A program made the translations under genes and the position numbers. This document shows positions 9,661 through 22,706 of a stretch of 32,000 nucleotides of DNA, in pieces. The notes beneath the pieces were generated by a model that ran no database searches, was not told where the DNA came from, and saw only the letters and a program-made list of their open reading frames with translations. Origin of the DNA: Formosa sp. Hel1_33_131 (GTDB taxonomy: Bacteria; Bacteroidota; Bacteroidia; Flavobacteriales; Flavobacteriaceae); assembly GCF_001735745.1 (NCBI RefSeq), contig NZ_CP017260.1:480001-512000 (forward strand), read 5' to 3'. Each line of letters opens with the position of its first letter. Within the stretch, counting starts at the first letter, position 1.

Positions 9661-12051
9661 ATGCATCTCAAAAAAAAGCTATACCAGTTGTTAGTACTAC
9701 TTCTGGTATTGCTTATCCCCTACTTTATATTTAAACCTTCTGGGGGAATTCTAGCGGATAAGGATTTTTCACAGGTTGTTTATACCCGTGACAAAGATGT
9801 ACTACGAATTACCTTATCCGATGATGACAAATACCGAATGTTTTCTCATATCAACGCTTCGAGCCCTTTAATTAAAAAAGCTCTGTTACTAAAAGAAGAC
9901 CGCTATTTCTATTACCATCCAGGAGTAAACCCTATTGCAATCCTCAGAGCCATTACAGAAACTTACATCCTTGGTAATGTGAGAATTGGCGGATCCACCA
10001 TTACCATGCAAGTCGTTCGCTTGTATTATGGAATGAAAACAAGAACAATACTAGGGAAGCTCAAACAAATGGCCTATGCAATGTATTTGGAGTTGTATTA
10101 CTCAAAAGATGACATCCTTGAAGCTTATATAAATTTAGCACCTTGTGGCGGAAATATCGAAGGCTTTGCTGCAGCCTCTTTAATTTATTTTGAAAAAGAC
10201 CTTTCAGAAATCAATTTACAAGAAGCCTTGTTTCTAAGTATTTTACCACAGAACCCATCAAAATACAACCCTCGAAAACGTGAAATTCCAGCAGAGCTAA
10301 CCAACGCCCGAATGCGGCTTTTCAAACAATGGCAAGAAGTCAATGAAGAGAAACCAACATCAGATGAAATTACGCATTCAAAAATGGCTTTGAATATGAG
10401 TTATTTCACCCCCTACCGAGCGCCACATTTTACAACCTCAATATTAAATACGTTTAAAGATGAGAATCGCATCTATACAACCTTGGATTGGAAACTTCAA
10501 AAGTTGATCACTAGATTAACCAAACAATATGTACATCGAAAAAGCCCTCTGGGCGTTAAAAATTCTGCAGTCCTTTTAGTCGATTATGAGAACAATATGG
10601 AAGTCGTTGCAAGTCTTGGATCCGTCGATTTTTTTAACCAAAAAATACAAGGTCAAGTCGATGGCACGCGGGCAAGAAGATCACCAGGATCCACACTTAA
10701 ACCTCTTTTGTATGCGTTGGCGATGGATCAAGGCGTCATCCACCCAATGACCATGTTAAAAGATGCCCCAACAAGTTTTTCTAGCTATGCACCAGATAAT
10801 TATGAACTGGACTTTAAAGGCCCAGTAAAAGCATGGGAGGCACTCATTAACAGCCGAAATGTGCCAGCAGTAGCGTTGGCTTCGCAAGTCAAAGATCCAA
10901 ACTTATATGATCTCCTAAAAAGTTTGGACCTCGGAGATTTAAAACATAAAGACCATTATGGATTATCGATTGTATTAGGAAGTGCAGAATTTAGCATGAG
11001 AGAACTGGTGTCCTTATATGGTGTGTTGGCGAACAATGGTACCTTCCAAAAAACGAATGAAACCTATCTTTCTGTAAGCCCTGAAAATTTACCTTCAGAA
11101 AATCATTATTTGAGTCATGAAGCCTGCTGGCTTACAAAACAAATTCTGATGAAAAACCCCAAACCAAATAGCTATAGCCTCTCTGCCTTTGGGAATAATT
11201 ATAATTCAGAAACGGGCACACAACCCATAAGTTATAAAACAGGAACTTCGATAGGCTTTAAGGATTGTTGGTCCATTGCGATTTTTGATAGGTATATTTT
11301 GGCAGTTTGGTTAGGCAATTTTGATGGGTATGGAAATCCTGTATTTAATGGGCGGCAATTAGCAACCCCATTGCTTTTTGAAATTGCACAGAACGTCATG
11401 AATGAGAACAAAAAATCACCGAATTATGAAGCGTTCGAAGATATGGAATCGAGGCCACCAGGGATTCGTGAGGTCGAAGTCTGTGCTGCTTCTGGACAAC
11501 TGGCACACCCGTTTTGTAGACGAAAGTTATCCACACACTTTATACCAGGAACATCGTCCATAGAAAAGTGTGATATCTGTAGGGAGATTTATGTAAATAC
11601 TAAAACAGGTTACAGGTCGCACAACGACGGAAAAGACATACAAACTGAAGTATTTGAATTTTGGACAACGGATGTATTGAAAATATTTCGAGCTGCGGGA
11701 GTCCCCAGAAAAACACCTCCTATTTTTGACCCTAATCAAAATAAGAAAAACAGCAATCAACTGACTAATACAAATGAGGGGTTTGTGCCAAAAATCGTGT
11801 CCCCCATGTCCAATACGGAATATTTAATGTCGCCCGGAGAAACACTGTTTAATAACCTTCCCCTTAAAGCAACGGTAGATGCCGATGTAAATGAAGTCTA
11901 TTGGTTTGTTGACGAACAATTTATTGGACGCTCAGACCCTCAGGAAACTCAATTTTGGTCCTTACAACCAGGGACGTTTCAAATTGGTGTTATTGACGAT
12001 AAAGGGAGATCGCGTTCCAAAAGTGTGAAAATTGGTGTCGCAATGAATTAA
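9661..12051 (+). CDS. pbpC: penicillin-binding protein 1C (bifunctional glycosyltransferase/transpeptidase)
   Basis: GT51 motifs EDRYFYYHPGVNP and GGSTITMQ. Transpeptidase motifs STLK (SxxK), SRN (SxN) and KTGTS (KTG). C-terminal PBP1C-type beta domain. The ATG at 9661 is preferred; the track's TTG at 9646 would overlap the A2M stop by 8 nt. Confidence 0.9.
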   Translation: MHLKKKLYQLLVLLLVLLIPYFIFKPSGGILADKDFSQVVYTRDKDVLRITLSDDDKYRMFSHINASSPLIKKALLLKEDRYFYYHPGVNPIAILRAITETYILGNVRIGGSTITMQVVRLYYGMKTRTILGKLKQMAYAMYLELYYSKDDILEAYINLAPCGGNIEGFAAASLIYFEKDLSEINLQEALFLSILPQNPSKYNPRKREIPAELTNARMRLFKQWQEVNEEKPTSDEITHSKMALNMSYFTPYRAPHFTTSILNTFKDENRIYTTLDWKLQKLITRLTKQYVHRKSPLGVKNSAVLLVDYENNMEVVASLGSVDFFNQKIQGQVDGTRARRSPGSTLKPLLYALAMDQGVIHPMTMLKDAPTSFSSYAPDNYELDFKGPVKAWEALINSRNVPAVALASQVKDPNLYDLLKSLDLGDLKHKDHYGLSIVLGSAEFSMRELVSLYGVLANNGTFQKTNETYLSVSPENLPSENHYLSHEACWLTKQILMKNPKPNSYSLSAFGNNYNSETGTQPISYKTGTSIGFKDCWSIAIFDRYILAVWLGNFDGYGNPVFNGRQLATPLLFEIAQNVMNENKKSPNYEAFEDMESRPPGIREVEVCAASGQLAHPFCRRKLSTHFIPGTSSIEKCDICREIYVNTKTGYRSHNDGKDIQTEVFEFWTTDVLKIFRAAGVPRKTPPIFDPNQNKKNSNQLTNTNEGFVPKIVSPMSNTEYLMSPGETLFNNLPLKATVDADVNEVYWFVDEQFIGRSDPQETQFWSLQPGTFQIGVIDDKGRSRSKSVKIGVAMN

Positions 12052-12054
12052 ATA

Positions 12055-12945
12055 TCACAAAAAATTCAAATCAAACCACAATGCAAATAACAAAGTAATA
12101 ACCAAAATGAATAGCATAAGGTATAAAAAGAAGGCTGCAAACATTCTAAAAAATGTGCCAATCCATCCCTTTTGGTACAACTGTTTTTTGCCTATAAACA
12201 TATAAATAGGAATCAACAAAAGTGCATAGTTTTCTGGTTGTGAGGATTGATCGGGAAACAAAAGTTTAATTCCAAGAACAAGACCACATAACAAGAACAA
12301 AAAAGCGTGCTGATTAATAGCAAAAATAAGATGACAGTAAAAATAAGGTTGACTTTTTCTGAAAAACAACCATAAAATAAAAGCATACAATGGCATCAAT
12401 AAGAACAACGTCCAAGAAACGAATGTCAAAAAACTATTCATATAACGACTTGGATCGTTTATCACGGTTTTTATGATTTTAAAGAGCTCAGTTCCAGTAA
12501 TCAAATTGGAGTCAGCTTCAATGTTTAAAATTCCAATATCCGCTGAAATGTCATTTTTATCCATTCCTTCTTTTATCTCCGAATTAATAGACGATTTAGT
12601 CTCTTCACTAATGACAACCATTCGACTGACAAATGTTGATAGCAATAAAAAGAATAAAAAACTTATAAATACATACAAACGCAAAGGCGGGACATAACGC
12701 ATCCGGTGTCCATTGATGTATTCTAAGGCATATGTACCCGGTAGAGTAATAAGGTCTTTTAAGGAGCGCCACAAGCGTGTATCAAAAGAAAAAATATTAC
12801 CTGCCAAATCGACTATTAAAAACTTAAATGGTCTTTGAAATTCTTTGAGCTGCTGACCGCAGTTTGGACAATAATTCCCATTGAAACGGGTGTCACAATT
12901 TTGACAAAGATCAAGGTTTTTGGATTTTGAAGGAGATTTATTCAT
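12055..12945 (-). CDS. DUF3667-type membrane protein with N-terminal zinc ribbon
   Basis: N-terminal CQNC...YCPNCGQ zinc-ribbon followed by several TM helices, the architecture I associate with DUF3667. Family name is from memory and not verified. Confidence 0.65.
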   Translation of the reverse strand: MNKSPSKSKNLDLCQNCDTRFNGNYCPNCGQQLKEFQRPFKFLIVDLAGNIFSFDTRLWRSLKDLITLPGTYALEYINGHRMRYVPPLRLYVFISFLFFLLLSTFVSRMVVISEETKSSINSEIKEGMDKNDISADIGILNIEADSNLITGTELFKIIKTVINDPSRYMNSFLTFVSWTLFLLMPLYAFILWLFFRKSQPYFYCHLIFAINQHAFLFLLCGLVLGIKLLFPDQSSQPENYALLLIPIYMFIGKKQLYQKGWIGTFFRMFAAFFLYLMLFILVITLLFALWFDLNFL

Positions 12946-13208
12946 TTGTAGCGTCTAGCAATATCAGATACTTCCTTGATTATGGTGTTGAGAATAGTAG
13001 GTTTGGATAGGATCATCATGTTATAGATTTGGTTATAGGTTCTACTAAAATAAGAAAAAAAATGACAGTTAACACTACAACTGTTAAATAAAGCAATTAC
13101 AAGGAATGAGAAATCTCAAACTACCGCCACGCTTTAGCGTGGTAGTGAGGGTTTAAAAAACAAGTGAGTATGTGATTTTTAATTACCGTTAGTTTCCAAG
13201 CTTCCATA

Positions 13209-13246
13209 AAACAAAAAATCCCTAACAAATAAATGTTAGGGATTCT
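13209..13246 (-). terminator. rho-independent terminator of the rRNA operon
   Basis: Perfect 11-bp stem (13217-13227 / 13234-13244) with a 6-nt loop. On the minus strand it is followed by TTTTTTGT, directly downstream of the 5S gene. Confidence 0.75.
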
Positions 13247-13250
13247 CAAA

Positions 13251-13359
13251 AAAGGCGGTGACCTACTCTTCCACAAATGTAGTACCATCGGCGCTAATGG
13301 GCTTAACTGCTCTGTTCGGGATGGAAAGAGGTGAGCCCCATTGCAATAACCACCTTAGG
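13251..13359 (-). rRNA. rrf: 5S ribosomal RNA
   Basis: The reverse complement reads taaggtggttattgcaatggggctcacctctttccatcccgaacagagcagttaagcccattagcgccgatggtactacatttgtggaagagtaggtcaccgcc, a canonical 5S pattern with terminal helix I pairing. Ends are +/- a few nt. Confidence 0.9.
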
Positions 13360-13494
13360 GTTATTTGTAACTTACTACTATTTGTAGGGTCGTTACAGTA
13401 TTCAGCCTTCTGACTGAACAATTTCTTAACATATTGAAAATAAATACATGATGTCTTAGTAAATAATGAGTAAACGTAATATAAAAAAACGTCC

Positions 13495-16331
<2,837 letters not shown>

Positions 16332-16505
16332 TTTTGTCTTTTTAATGAGTTTACTCTAATTATTGCTAGCTCGCAACAATTTTAATTTACTTTTTCTATT
16401 AAATATATATAAAATATATCTAATGTTTCATGTATCTTTTTCAATATGTCAATGATCGTGTGGCGTATCACCACTGATAAATAATATCAGTAACAATAAC
16501 CGTTG

Positions 16506-16579
16506 TGGAGAATATCGGAGTCGAACCGATGACCTCCTGCGTGCAAGGCAGGCGCTCTAGCCAGCTGAGCTAATCCCCC
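16506..16579 (-). tRNA. tRNA-Ala (anticodon TGC)
   Basis: The reverse complement folds as a cloverleaf: acceptor GGGGGAT/ATTCTCC including the G3:U70 Ala identity pair, anticodon loop CTTGCAC, T arm ATCGG-TTCGACT-CCGAT. CCA is not encoded. Confidence 0.9.
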
Positions 16580-16669
16580 ATTTCTTTAAGTTATGAGTTA
16601 TTAGTTATGAGTTTTGAGTAAAAACTCGCAACTAACCCAACTTCTAGATTTTCCATTATATAAAAAAAT

Positions 16670-16791
16670 TAGTAGTCTCCACGCCTGCGTCGTGGCAAGC
16701 CAGGCAAATCTCTCTGCCCTTGGTGAAAACTAGTAGTCTCCACGCCTGCGTCGTGGCAAGCCAGGCAAATCTCTCTGCCCTTGGTGAAAAC
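16670..16791. repeat. perfect 61-bp tandem duplication (2 copies) in the tRNA-Ile/tRNA-Ala spacer
   Basis: 16670-16730 and 16731-16791 are identical: tagtagtctccacgcctgcgtcgtggcaagccaggcaaatctctctgcccttggtgaaaac. The first 10 nt recur a third time at 16792-16801, which is the 3' end of tRNA-Ile. Confidence 0.95.
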
Positions 16792-16794
16792 TAG

Positions 16795-16868
16795 TAGTCT
16801 CAGGCAGACTCGAACTGCCGACCTCTACATTATCAGTGTAGCGCTCTAACCAGCTGAGCTATGAGACT
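16795..16868 (-). tRNA. tRNA-Ile (anticodon GAT)
   Basis: Reverse complement: acceptor AGTCTCA/TGAGACT (7 perfect pairs), D arm tagctcagctggttagagc, anticodon loop CTGATAA, T arm GGCAG-TTCGAGT-CTGCC. CCA is not encoded. Confidence 0.9.
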
Positions 16869-16958
16869 CTACTTTTTTTATTGGTATCTTTTTTAATTAA
16901 CAGCTATGAGAACAAACAATTTCTTTCCTTCACAATTTACCTTTAGTCGTCTTTCTCT

Positions 16959-18480
<1,522 letters not shown>

Positions 18481-18667
18481 TAATTTTTAAAGTTTCTCTT
18501 AAGAAACCTGTACTCTTAACAACTAAAGGAAATTTAATGTGTTGTACTCAAAATGGTTTATTCTCTGTATTAAATTAATCGTTTCCAATTAATTCTTTAC
18601 GCTGTCAATCAATATGTTTAATGAACTTTTTATCTTTTTCGCAGATCCCTAAGAACCTAAGCGGCTG

Positions 18668-18697
18668 CAAATATAAAACCTTTTTTGGTTATCGCAA
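18668..18697 (-). promoter_or_regulatory. rRNA operon promoter, proximal copy (-33 TTG / -7 TATATTTG)
   Basis: The minus strand reads gcaTTGcgataaccaaaaaaggtttTATATTTGcagccgct, an exact match to the Bacteroidota TTG-N19-TAnnTTTG consensus, about 190 nt upstream of the 16S 5' end. Confidence 0.65.
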
Positions 18698-18794
18698 TGC
18701 TTTTTGAAAATAAAATTATCTTTTTTTTCAAACCTTATAACACCACAATTAATCAAAGAACTTTTAATAATCTACTACCGTTTTTTAGCGGCTG

Positions 18795-18824
18795 CAAACA
18801 TACAACCTTTTTTACCCTAAACAA
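18795..18824 (-). promoter_or_regulatory. rRNA operon promoter, distal copy (-33 TTG / -7 TATGTTTG)
   Basis: The minus strand reads tcTTGtttagggtaaaaaaggttgTATGTTTGcagccgct. Same TTG-N19-TAnnTTTG geometry, lying within a 27-nt block shared with the proximal copy 127 bp away. Confidence 0.6.
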
Positions 18825-18910
18825 GATTTATTTTTTGTGTTTTTTTGTTTATTTTTTTTACCCGTTTCTATCTGCTGAATTACAAGTGGTTAGAGCAAGG
18901 GGGTTATAAG

Positions 18911-18945
18911 AAAAAAGTCTTAACATTGAATGCCAAGACTTTTTT
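18911..18945 (-). terminator. rho-independent (bidirectional-looking) terminator after the metalloprotease gene
   Basis: aaaaaagtctt ... aagactttttt gives an 11-bp stem (A/T-extended) with a 13-nt loop that can form a further 3 bp. It has U-runs on both strands and lies 20 nt downstream of the stop at 18965. Confidence 0.6.
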
Positions 18946-18964
18946 AAATGAATAATAAGTTGAA

Positions 18965-21900
18965 TTATCTAACTATGATTCGTTTTACTGCTGTACGAAC
19001 TCCATCAGAAACATTTAAAAAATACATTCCTTGGGATGCATTATTTAGAACTACTGTGTGAAAACGTTGTGATTTATTAGTAAATACTTTCTTATATATA
19101 GTTCTTCCATGAAGATCATGGACTAAAACTTTTACATCCGCATTGAATCCTGTGGGAAGTTTAAAATCAAACTGTCCATCAGATGGATTAGGTATAACTA
19201 CAAAATCATCGATTGATTCTTTAGAAACACCGAGAGGTGGTCCACATATATTGAGACTGAAATTCAGAAATTCCCCACCAATCGAACTTGGAGCTGTATC
19301 TGTAATTGTTAAAGTCCAATCTCCTACAGAAGATTCTCCGTTGAAAGCAGACAAGGCCTGAAATGGAATGACGGTTCCAGAAACAGCAGGAGCGGAAGAA
19401 CTACAGTTTAGCGCTGTTCCTTGGTCATCAAAGGTTACAGCAATATCTGCTCCACTAGCACACCTGTTAGCGTTTAATAATGTAATTGTAGTACCTCCAG
19501 GGGATGTTAATTTCAATTCAATATCCGCAGACAAACCATGTTGAACATTAATTGTCGCATCGACATCAGTGATTATAGTATCAATTCCTACATTTAGAGT
19601 GGAAGTTCTAACGAAATTGGCTCCTCCAATTGAAAAAGGTGGAAAGGTTAAATTATTTTCAGTTGAATTAACCCCACCACAAGCAACAGCAGCAGTCGTA
19701 AAACTACGAGTTAAAGAAAAAGCTCCTTGACCACAGAGATTTTTAGGAGCAACCCTCCAATAATAAGGAGTCATAGTTTGAAGGGAATTCAAATCAAGCG
19801 AATTCGTAGTTGAGTTATACGTTACTAAATTATTAGTAAATGAAGTGTTTTTAGCAATTTGAATCACATAACTAGATGCATTTGAATCCGCATCCCAATT
19901 AAGTGGAGTCGTTAAAGGAACATCCGTTGCATTTTGAGTAGGAAACGTTAAATTGACTGTACTAAAACTAGTGCTGTACACTTCAAAATTAATGGTTTCT
20001 GATCTTTGCACTGAACTCGATTGCGCATTAATTACAATTGGATAGGTACCTGGAGAAACCGAATTTGTTGGACTAATCGTAACTACAACCGTTTGGCTAG
20101 AATTAATGTTATTTGCTGAAAAATTTACAGAAACCCCAGAAGGTACTCCACTAGCCGAGAATGTTGTTACTTCATTGAATCCTAAAAAAACTTGGTATGA
20201 AACATCAATAACACTGTTTGATGGAGCACATAACACTTGTGACGTTTGCGTTGCTGGTATAGAGATTGTAAACGTTGGACTGTTAGGCGCACCGATGGTG
20301 AAGTTTGTATCAGAAATATCATAAAATATATTATCCGCTGCTTCGACCATTATCCTAGCTGTCGTTGTTTGATTATCTGGGATAGAAATAGCTTCCGAAC
20401 CATCATTTGGCGTATTACTTGCTAATACTATTGGATAGGTCATTCCCCCGTCAGTAGATAATTTAATATTCACAGTTTGACAATTAATAGTACTGTTATT
20501 GGTTTGTCCAACATCCCAGGTAACCGTTTCGGTTGATGATACATTCCAACTAACTGCTGTATTAGGAGCAGTCATCACAAATGGATTTACATCAACTACA
20601 GTTACGTCCATCAAATCGGAGCTTGTTTGACCAATACCATTTGCGAAGCCACTCCCATTATCTCTTACTGTAAATGAAAAACTCATCTGTCGGGCTACTG
20701 AAGGAGTCACTTCCCAAGTAGGTGTTAAATTATTAGCGACTACGTCACTCATTTGTGGCATTGATCTATTAGGAGATGTTATTGGCAATCTTGATCTATA
20801 CAAAGGTCCCACAACCCAATTCGATTGTGGTGCAGTATTACTGGGGGATTGCTCAGGATCATTTTGAGACCAGTTATAGGTTAAGGTTGCTAACCCATCT
20901 GGGTCTGTAGCAGTCCCTTTAAGAGTAAAGGGGGTTGATTTCGGAATCGTATAATCCGAACCTGCATTAGCGACGGGCGGTTGGTTAGTCAATGAAGTTT
21001 CTACATCACAAGAGCTACTGTTGCCTGTCTGTATATTGTCCTGTATATCTCTTATATTGACATAATTAAAATGAGCATCGCTATTAGGCTGTACATTAGG
21101 AGAACAGATCCCTGCATACCCCATAATAGAACTACCCGATCCAGGCTCAACTTCTGTAGATCCATTACCTGAACGAGAACAGGAATTCATCGTATGCCAT
21201 CCCCCAAATTGATGCCCCATTTCATGAGCAACATAGTCAATATCAAAAGGATCTCCAGTAGGGTCTGAACGTCCTGTATATCCGCTCCCTTTTTGTCCAT
21301 CTGTACAAACACAAGCAAGACAACCCGCATTACCCCCATTAGAGGTATTGAAATTATGACCAATATCGTAATTCGCACTGCCAATCGTATTATCAATTAC
21401 TGTTTGGGTGGTACTATTCCACTCCCCACTCCAAGGGTCGGAGGAAGCATCCAAGTATATGATGGCATCATTATTTGCGATAAACTGCAATGTTATCGCC
21501 AAATCTCTTTCATATATTTCATTAACTCGGTTCATTGTTATGGTCATTTGTGCCATAACATTGGCTTTTTGCTCTGCTTCAGTACCTGAACCTGCAAAAA
21601 TAGAACTGTACTCACCTGTTGAAGAAAGGGCCAAACGGTAGGTTCTTAATTTTCGATCATTGGTGTCTGCTCTATCAAGTTCATAGTTATCGCCTAAGGA
21701 TGTTATATGGATGTCATTATCAGTTAAACATTCAAAATTTCCGTAATCTGCATCTAGAGACCCTTTATTATAAACGATGTAGTTTTCACGATCTGTTGTG
21801 TAAGGATCAATAAAAGACGCACCATCGATACCTGATAATTTAATGGAATGCAACCCAAACTGGGTTACGCTAAATCGCATGGTTGCTGTAGGGTCGTCAA

Positions 21901-22261
21901 TTCCAATAGCTTTGTAGGTTTTAATTTGGGGGAATTTAGCCGCAAGTGTTGGATGCATAATTGGAGATTCTGTAATTGTAAATTGTTGGAATGAACCATC
22001 AGATATGGGAAATTCTATAACTACAGAAGAACGGATTGTGCCTGGACTTCTCAGAGGGGCTAAATCTAAAACCTCTGAAAACTTCTCCATGTTTAAATGA
22101 AATATTTCAAAAGAATTCGGCACGGAATTTCTTTGAAGTATTTCAGCTTCAGAAAACCTGGATGTCGTTGCTTTTTCCCAATATTGGTTTTGTGAAAACA
22201 GGGCTGTTCCACAAAATAAAAACAGCATTAATAGTGTTTTTTTTAAGTAATAATTTTTCAT
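18965..22261 (-). CDS. secreted metzincin-type zinc metalloprotease (reprolysin-like) with Ig/FN3-like repeats, proprotein-convertase P-domain-like region and T9SS C-terminal sorting domain
   Basis: Signal peptide MKNYYLKKTLLMLFLFCGTALFSQ. Zinc motif HEMGHQFGGWH (HExxHxxGxxH) at nt 21194-21226. PPVANAGSDYT...ATDPDG PKD/Ig-like segment. LTSPGGTTITLL P-domain-like segment. C-terminal about 80 aa (IPNPSDGQF...MYFLNVSDGVRTAVKRIIVR) typical of type A T9SS CTDs. Confidence 0.85.
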   Translation of the reverse strand: MKNYYLKKTLLMLFLFCGTALFSQNQYWEKATTSRFSEAEILQRNSVPNSFEIFHLNMEKFSEVLDLAPLRSPGTIRSSVVIEFPISDGSFQQFTITESPIMHPTLAAKFPQIKTYKAIGIDDPTATMRFSVTQFGLHSIKLSGIDGASFIDPYTTDRENYIVYNKGSLDADYGNFECLTDNDIHITSLGDNYELDRADTNDRKLRTYRLALSSTGEYSSIFAGSGTEAEQKANVMAQMTITMNRVNEIYERDLAITLQFIANNDAIIYLDASSDPWSGEWNSTTQTVIDNTIGSANYDIGHNFNTSNGGNAGCLACVCTDGQKGSGYTGRSDPTGDPFDIDYVAHEMGHQFGGWHTMNSCSRSGNGSTEVEPGSGSSIMGYAGICSPNVQPNSDAHFNYVNIRDIQDNIQTGNSSSCDVETSLTNQPPVANAGSDYTIPKSTPFTLKGTATDPDGLATLTYNWSQNDPEQSPSNTAPQSNWVVGPLYRSRLPITSPNRSMPQMSDVVANNLTPTWEVTPSVARQMSFSFTVRDNGSGFANGIGQTSSDLMDVTVVDVNPFVMTAPNTAVSWNVSSTETVTWDVGQTNNSTINCQTVNIKLSTDGGMTYPIVLASNTPNDGSEAISIPDNQTTTARIMVEAADNIFYDISDTNFTIGAPNSPTFTISIPATQTSQVLCAPSNSVIDVSYQVFLGFNEVTTFSASGVPSGVSVNFSANNINSSQTVVVTISPTNSVSPGTYPIVINAQSSSVQRSETINFEVYSTSFSTVNLTFPTQNATDVPLTTPLNWDADSNASSYVIQIAKNTSFTNNLVTYNSTTNSLDLNSLQTMTPYYWRVAPKNLCGQGAFSLTRSFTTAAVACGGVNSTENNLTFPPFSIGGANFVRTSTLNVGIDTIITDVDATINVQHGLSADIELKLTSPGGTTITLLNANRCASGADIAVTFDDQGTALNCSSSAPAVSGTVIPFQALSAFNGESSVGDWTLTITDTAPSSIGGEFLNFSLNICGPPLGVSKESIDDFVVIPNPSDGQFDFKLPTGFNADVKVLVHDLHGRTIYKKVFTNKSQRFHTVVLNNASQGMYFLNVSDGVRTAVKRIIVR

Positions 22262-22327
22262 AATAATAGAGTTTAGGGTTTTTGATGTTAAAATTATTTA
22301 GTTTTAAGTCATAGATTATTTATAAAG

Positions 22328-22618
22328 TTAATTACCTGTTTTGTTATACAGATACAGGTATTCTGAAAGCTGTCTAACTCTTGCTGGTTCAGTTTCTTTG
22401 AGTGTTTTGCTGTAAACTAGTTGGTTTTGGTAATTGTTTGTGTGAGTACCTAGACAGTACAGTTCGTGGATTTCAATACCAAAATTTTTAGTCGTTTTAT
22501 TTTCAGATAAGAACGCATCATCATTAAAATTTTGACAGGAATTATTTTGTGCAGGGGAGAAAGCCATACACCAGAATAGTAAAAATAGAAACCTTAATTT
22601 AGGTGTTTTTAAATTCAT
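22328..22618 (-). CDS. small secreted hypothetical protein (96 aa)
   Basis: Signal-peptide-like N-terminus (LRFLFLLFWCMAFSPAQ) and 3 further Cys. Same strand as the metalloprotease gene and 66 nt upstream of it. No family recognised. Confidence 0.45.
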   Translation of the reverse strand: MNLKTPKLRFLFLLFWCMAFSPAQNNSCQNFNDDAFLSENKTTKNFGIEIHELYCLGTHTNNYQNQLVYSKTLKETEPARVRQLSEYLYLYNKTGN

Positions 22619-22706
22619 TGTCTAAGTAGGTATTTAGGGTAACACGCTCAAAATTAAGCAATTTTATGATAAAACCCATAAAAAAAATTAAAAAAATTAA
22701 ATGTTA

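Noticed and set aside
12049-12057. Convergent pbpC and DUF3667 genes end only 3 nt apart with no room for a terminator.
   Set aside because: Tight convergent gene ends are common in compact bacterial genomes. Nothing in the sequence suggests antisense regulation beyond the proximity.
13117-13150. Imperfect hairpin ctaccgccacgc-ttta-gcgtggtag between the rRNA terminator and the DUF3667 gene.
   Set aside because: The stem needs a 3-nt bulge and has no adjacent U-run on either strand. The strong terminator at 13209-13246 already accounts for rrn termination. It may be incidental.
16670-16791. Possible CRISPR array or mobile-element terminal repeat, based on the 61-bp repeats.
   Set aside because: The two copies are directly contiguous with no spacers and no cas genes. 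They sit inside the rRNA spacer and share their edge with tRNA-Ile. This is a simple tandem duplication.
18685-18909. 74-aa ORF upstream of the 16S gene.
   Set aside because: It is on the opposite strand to the rRNA operon, runs through the T-rich rRNA promoter region and gives a low-complexity F/Y/K-rich translation. The tandem promoter blocks explain this region better.
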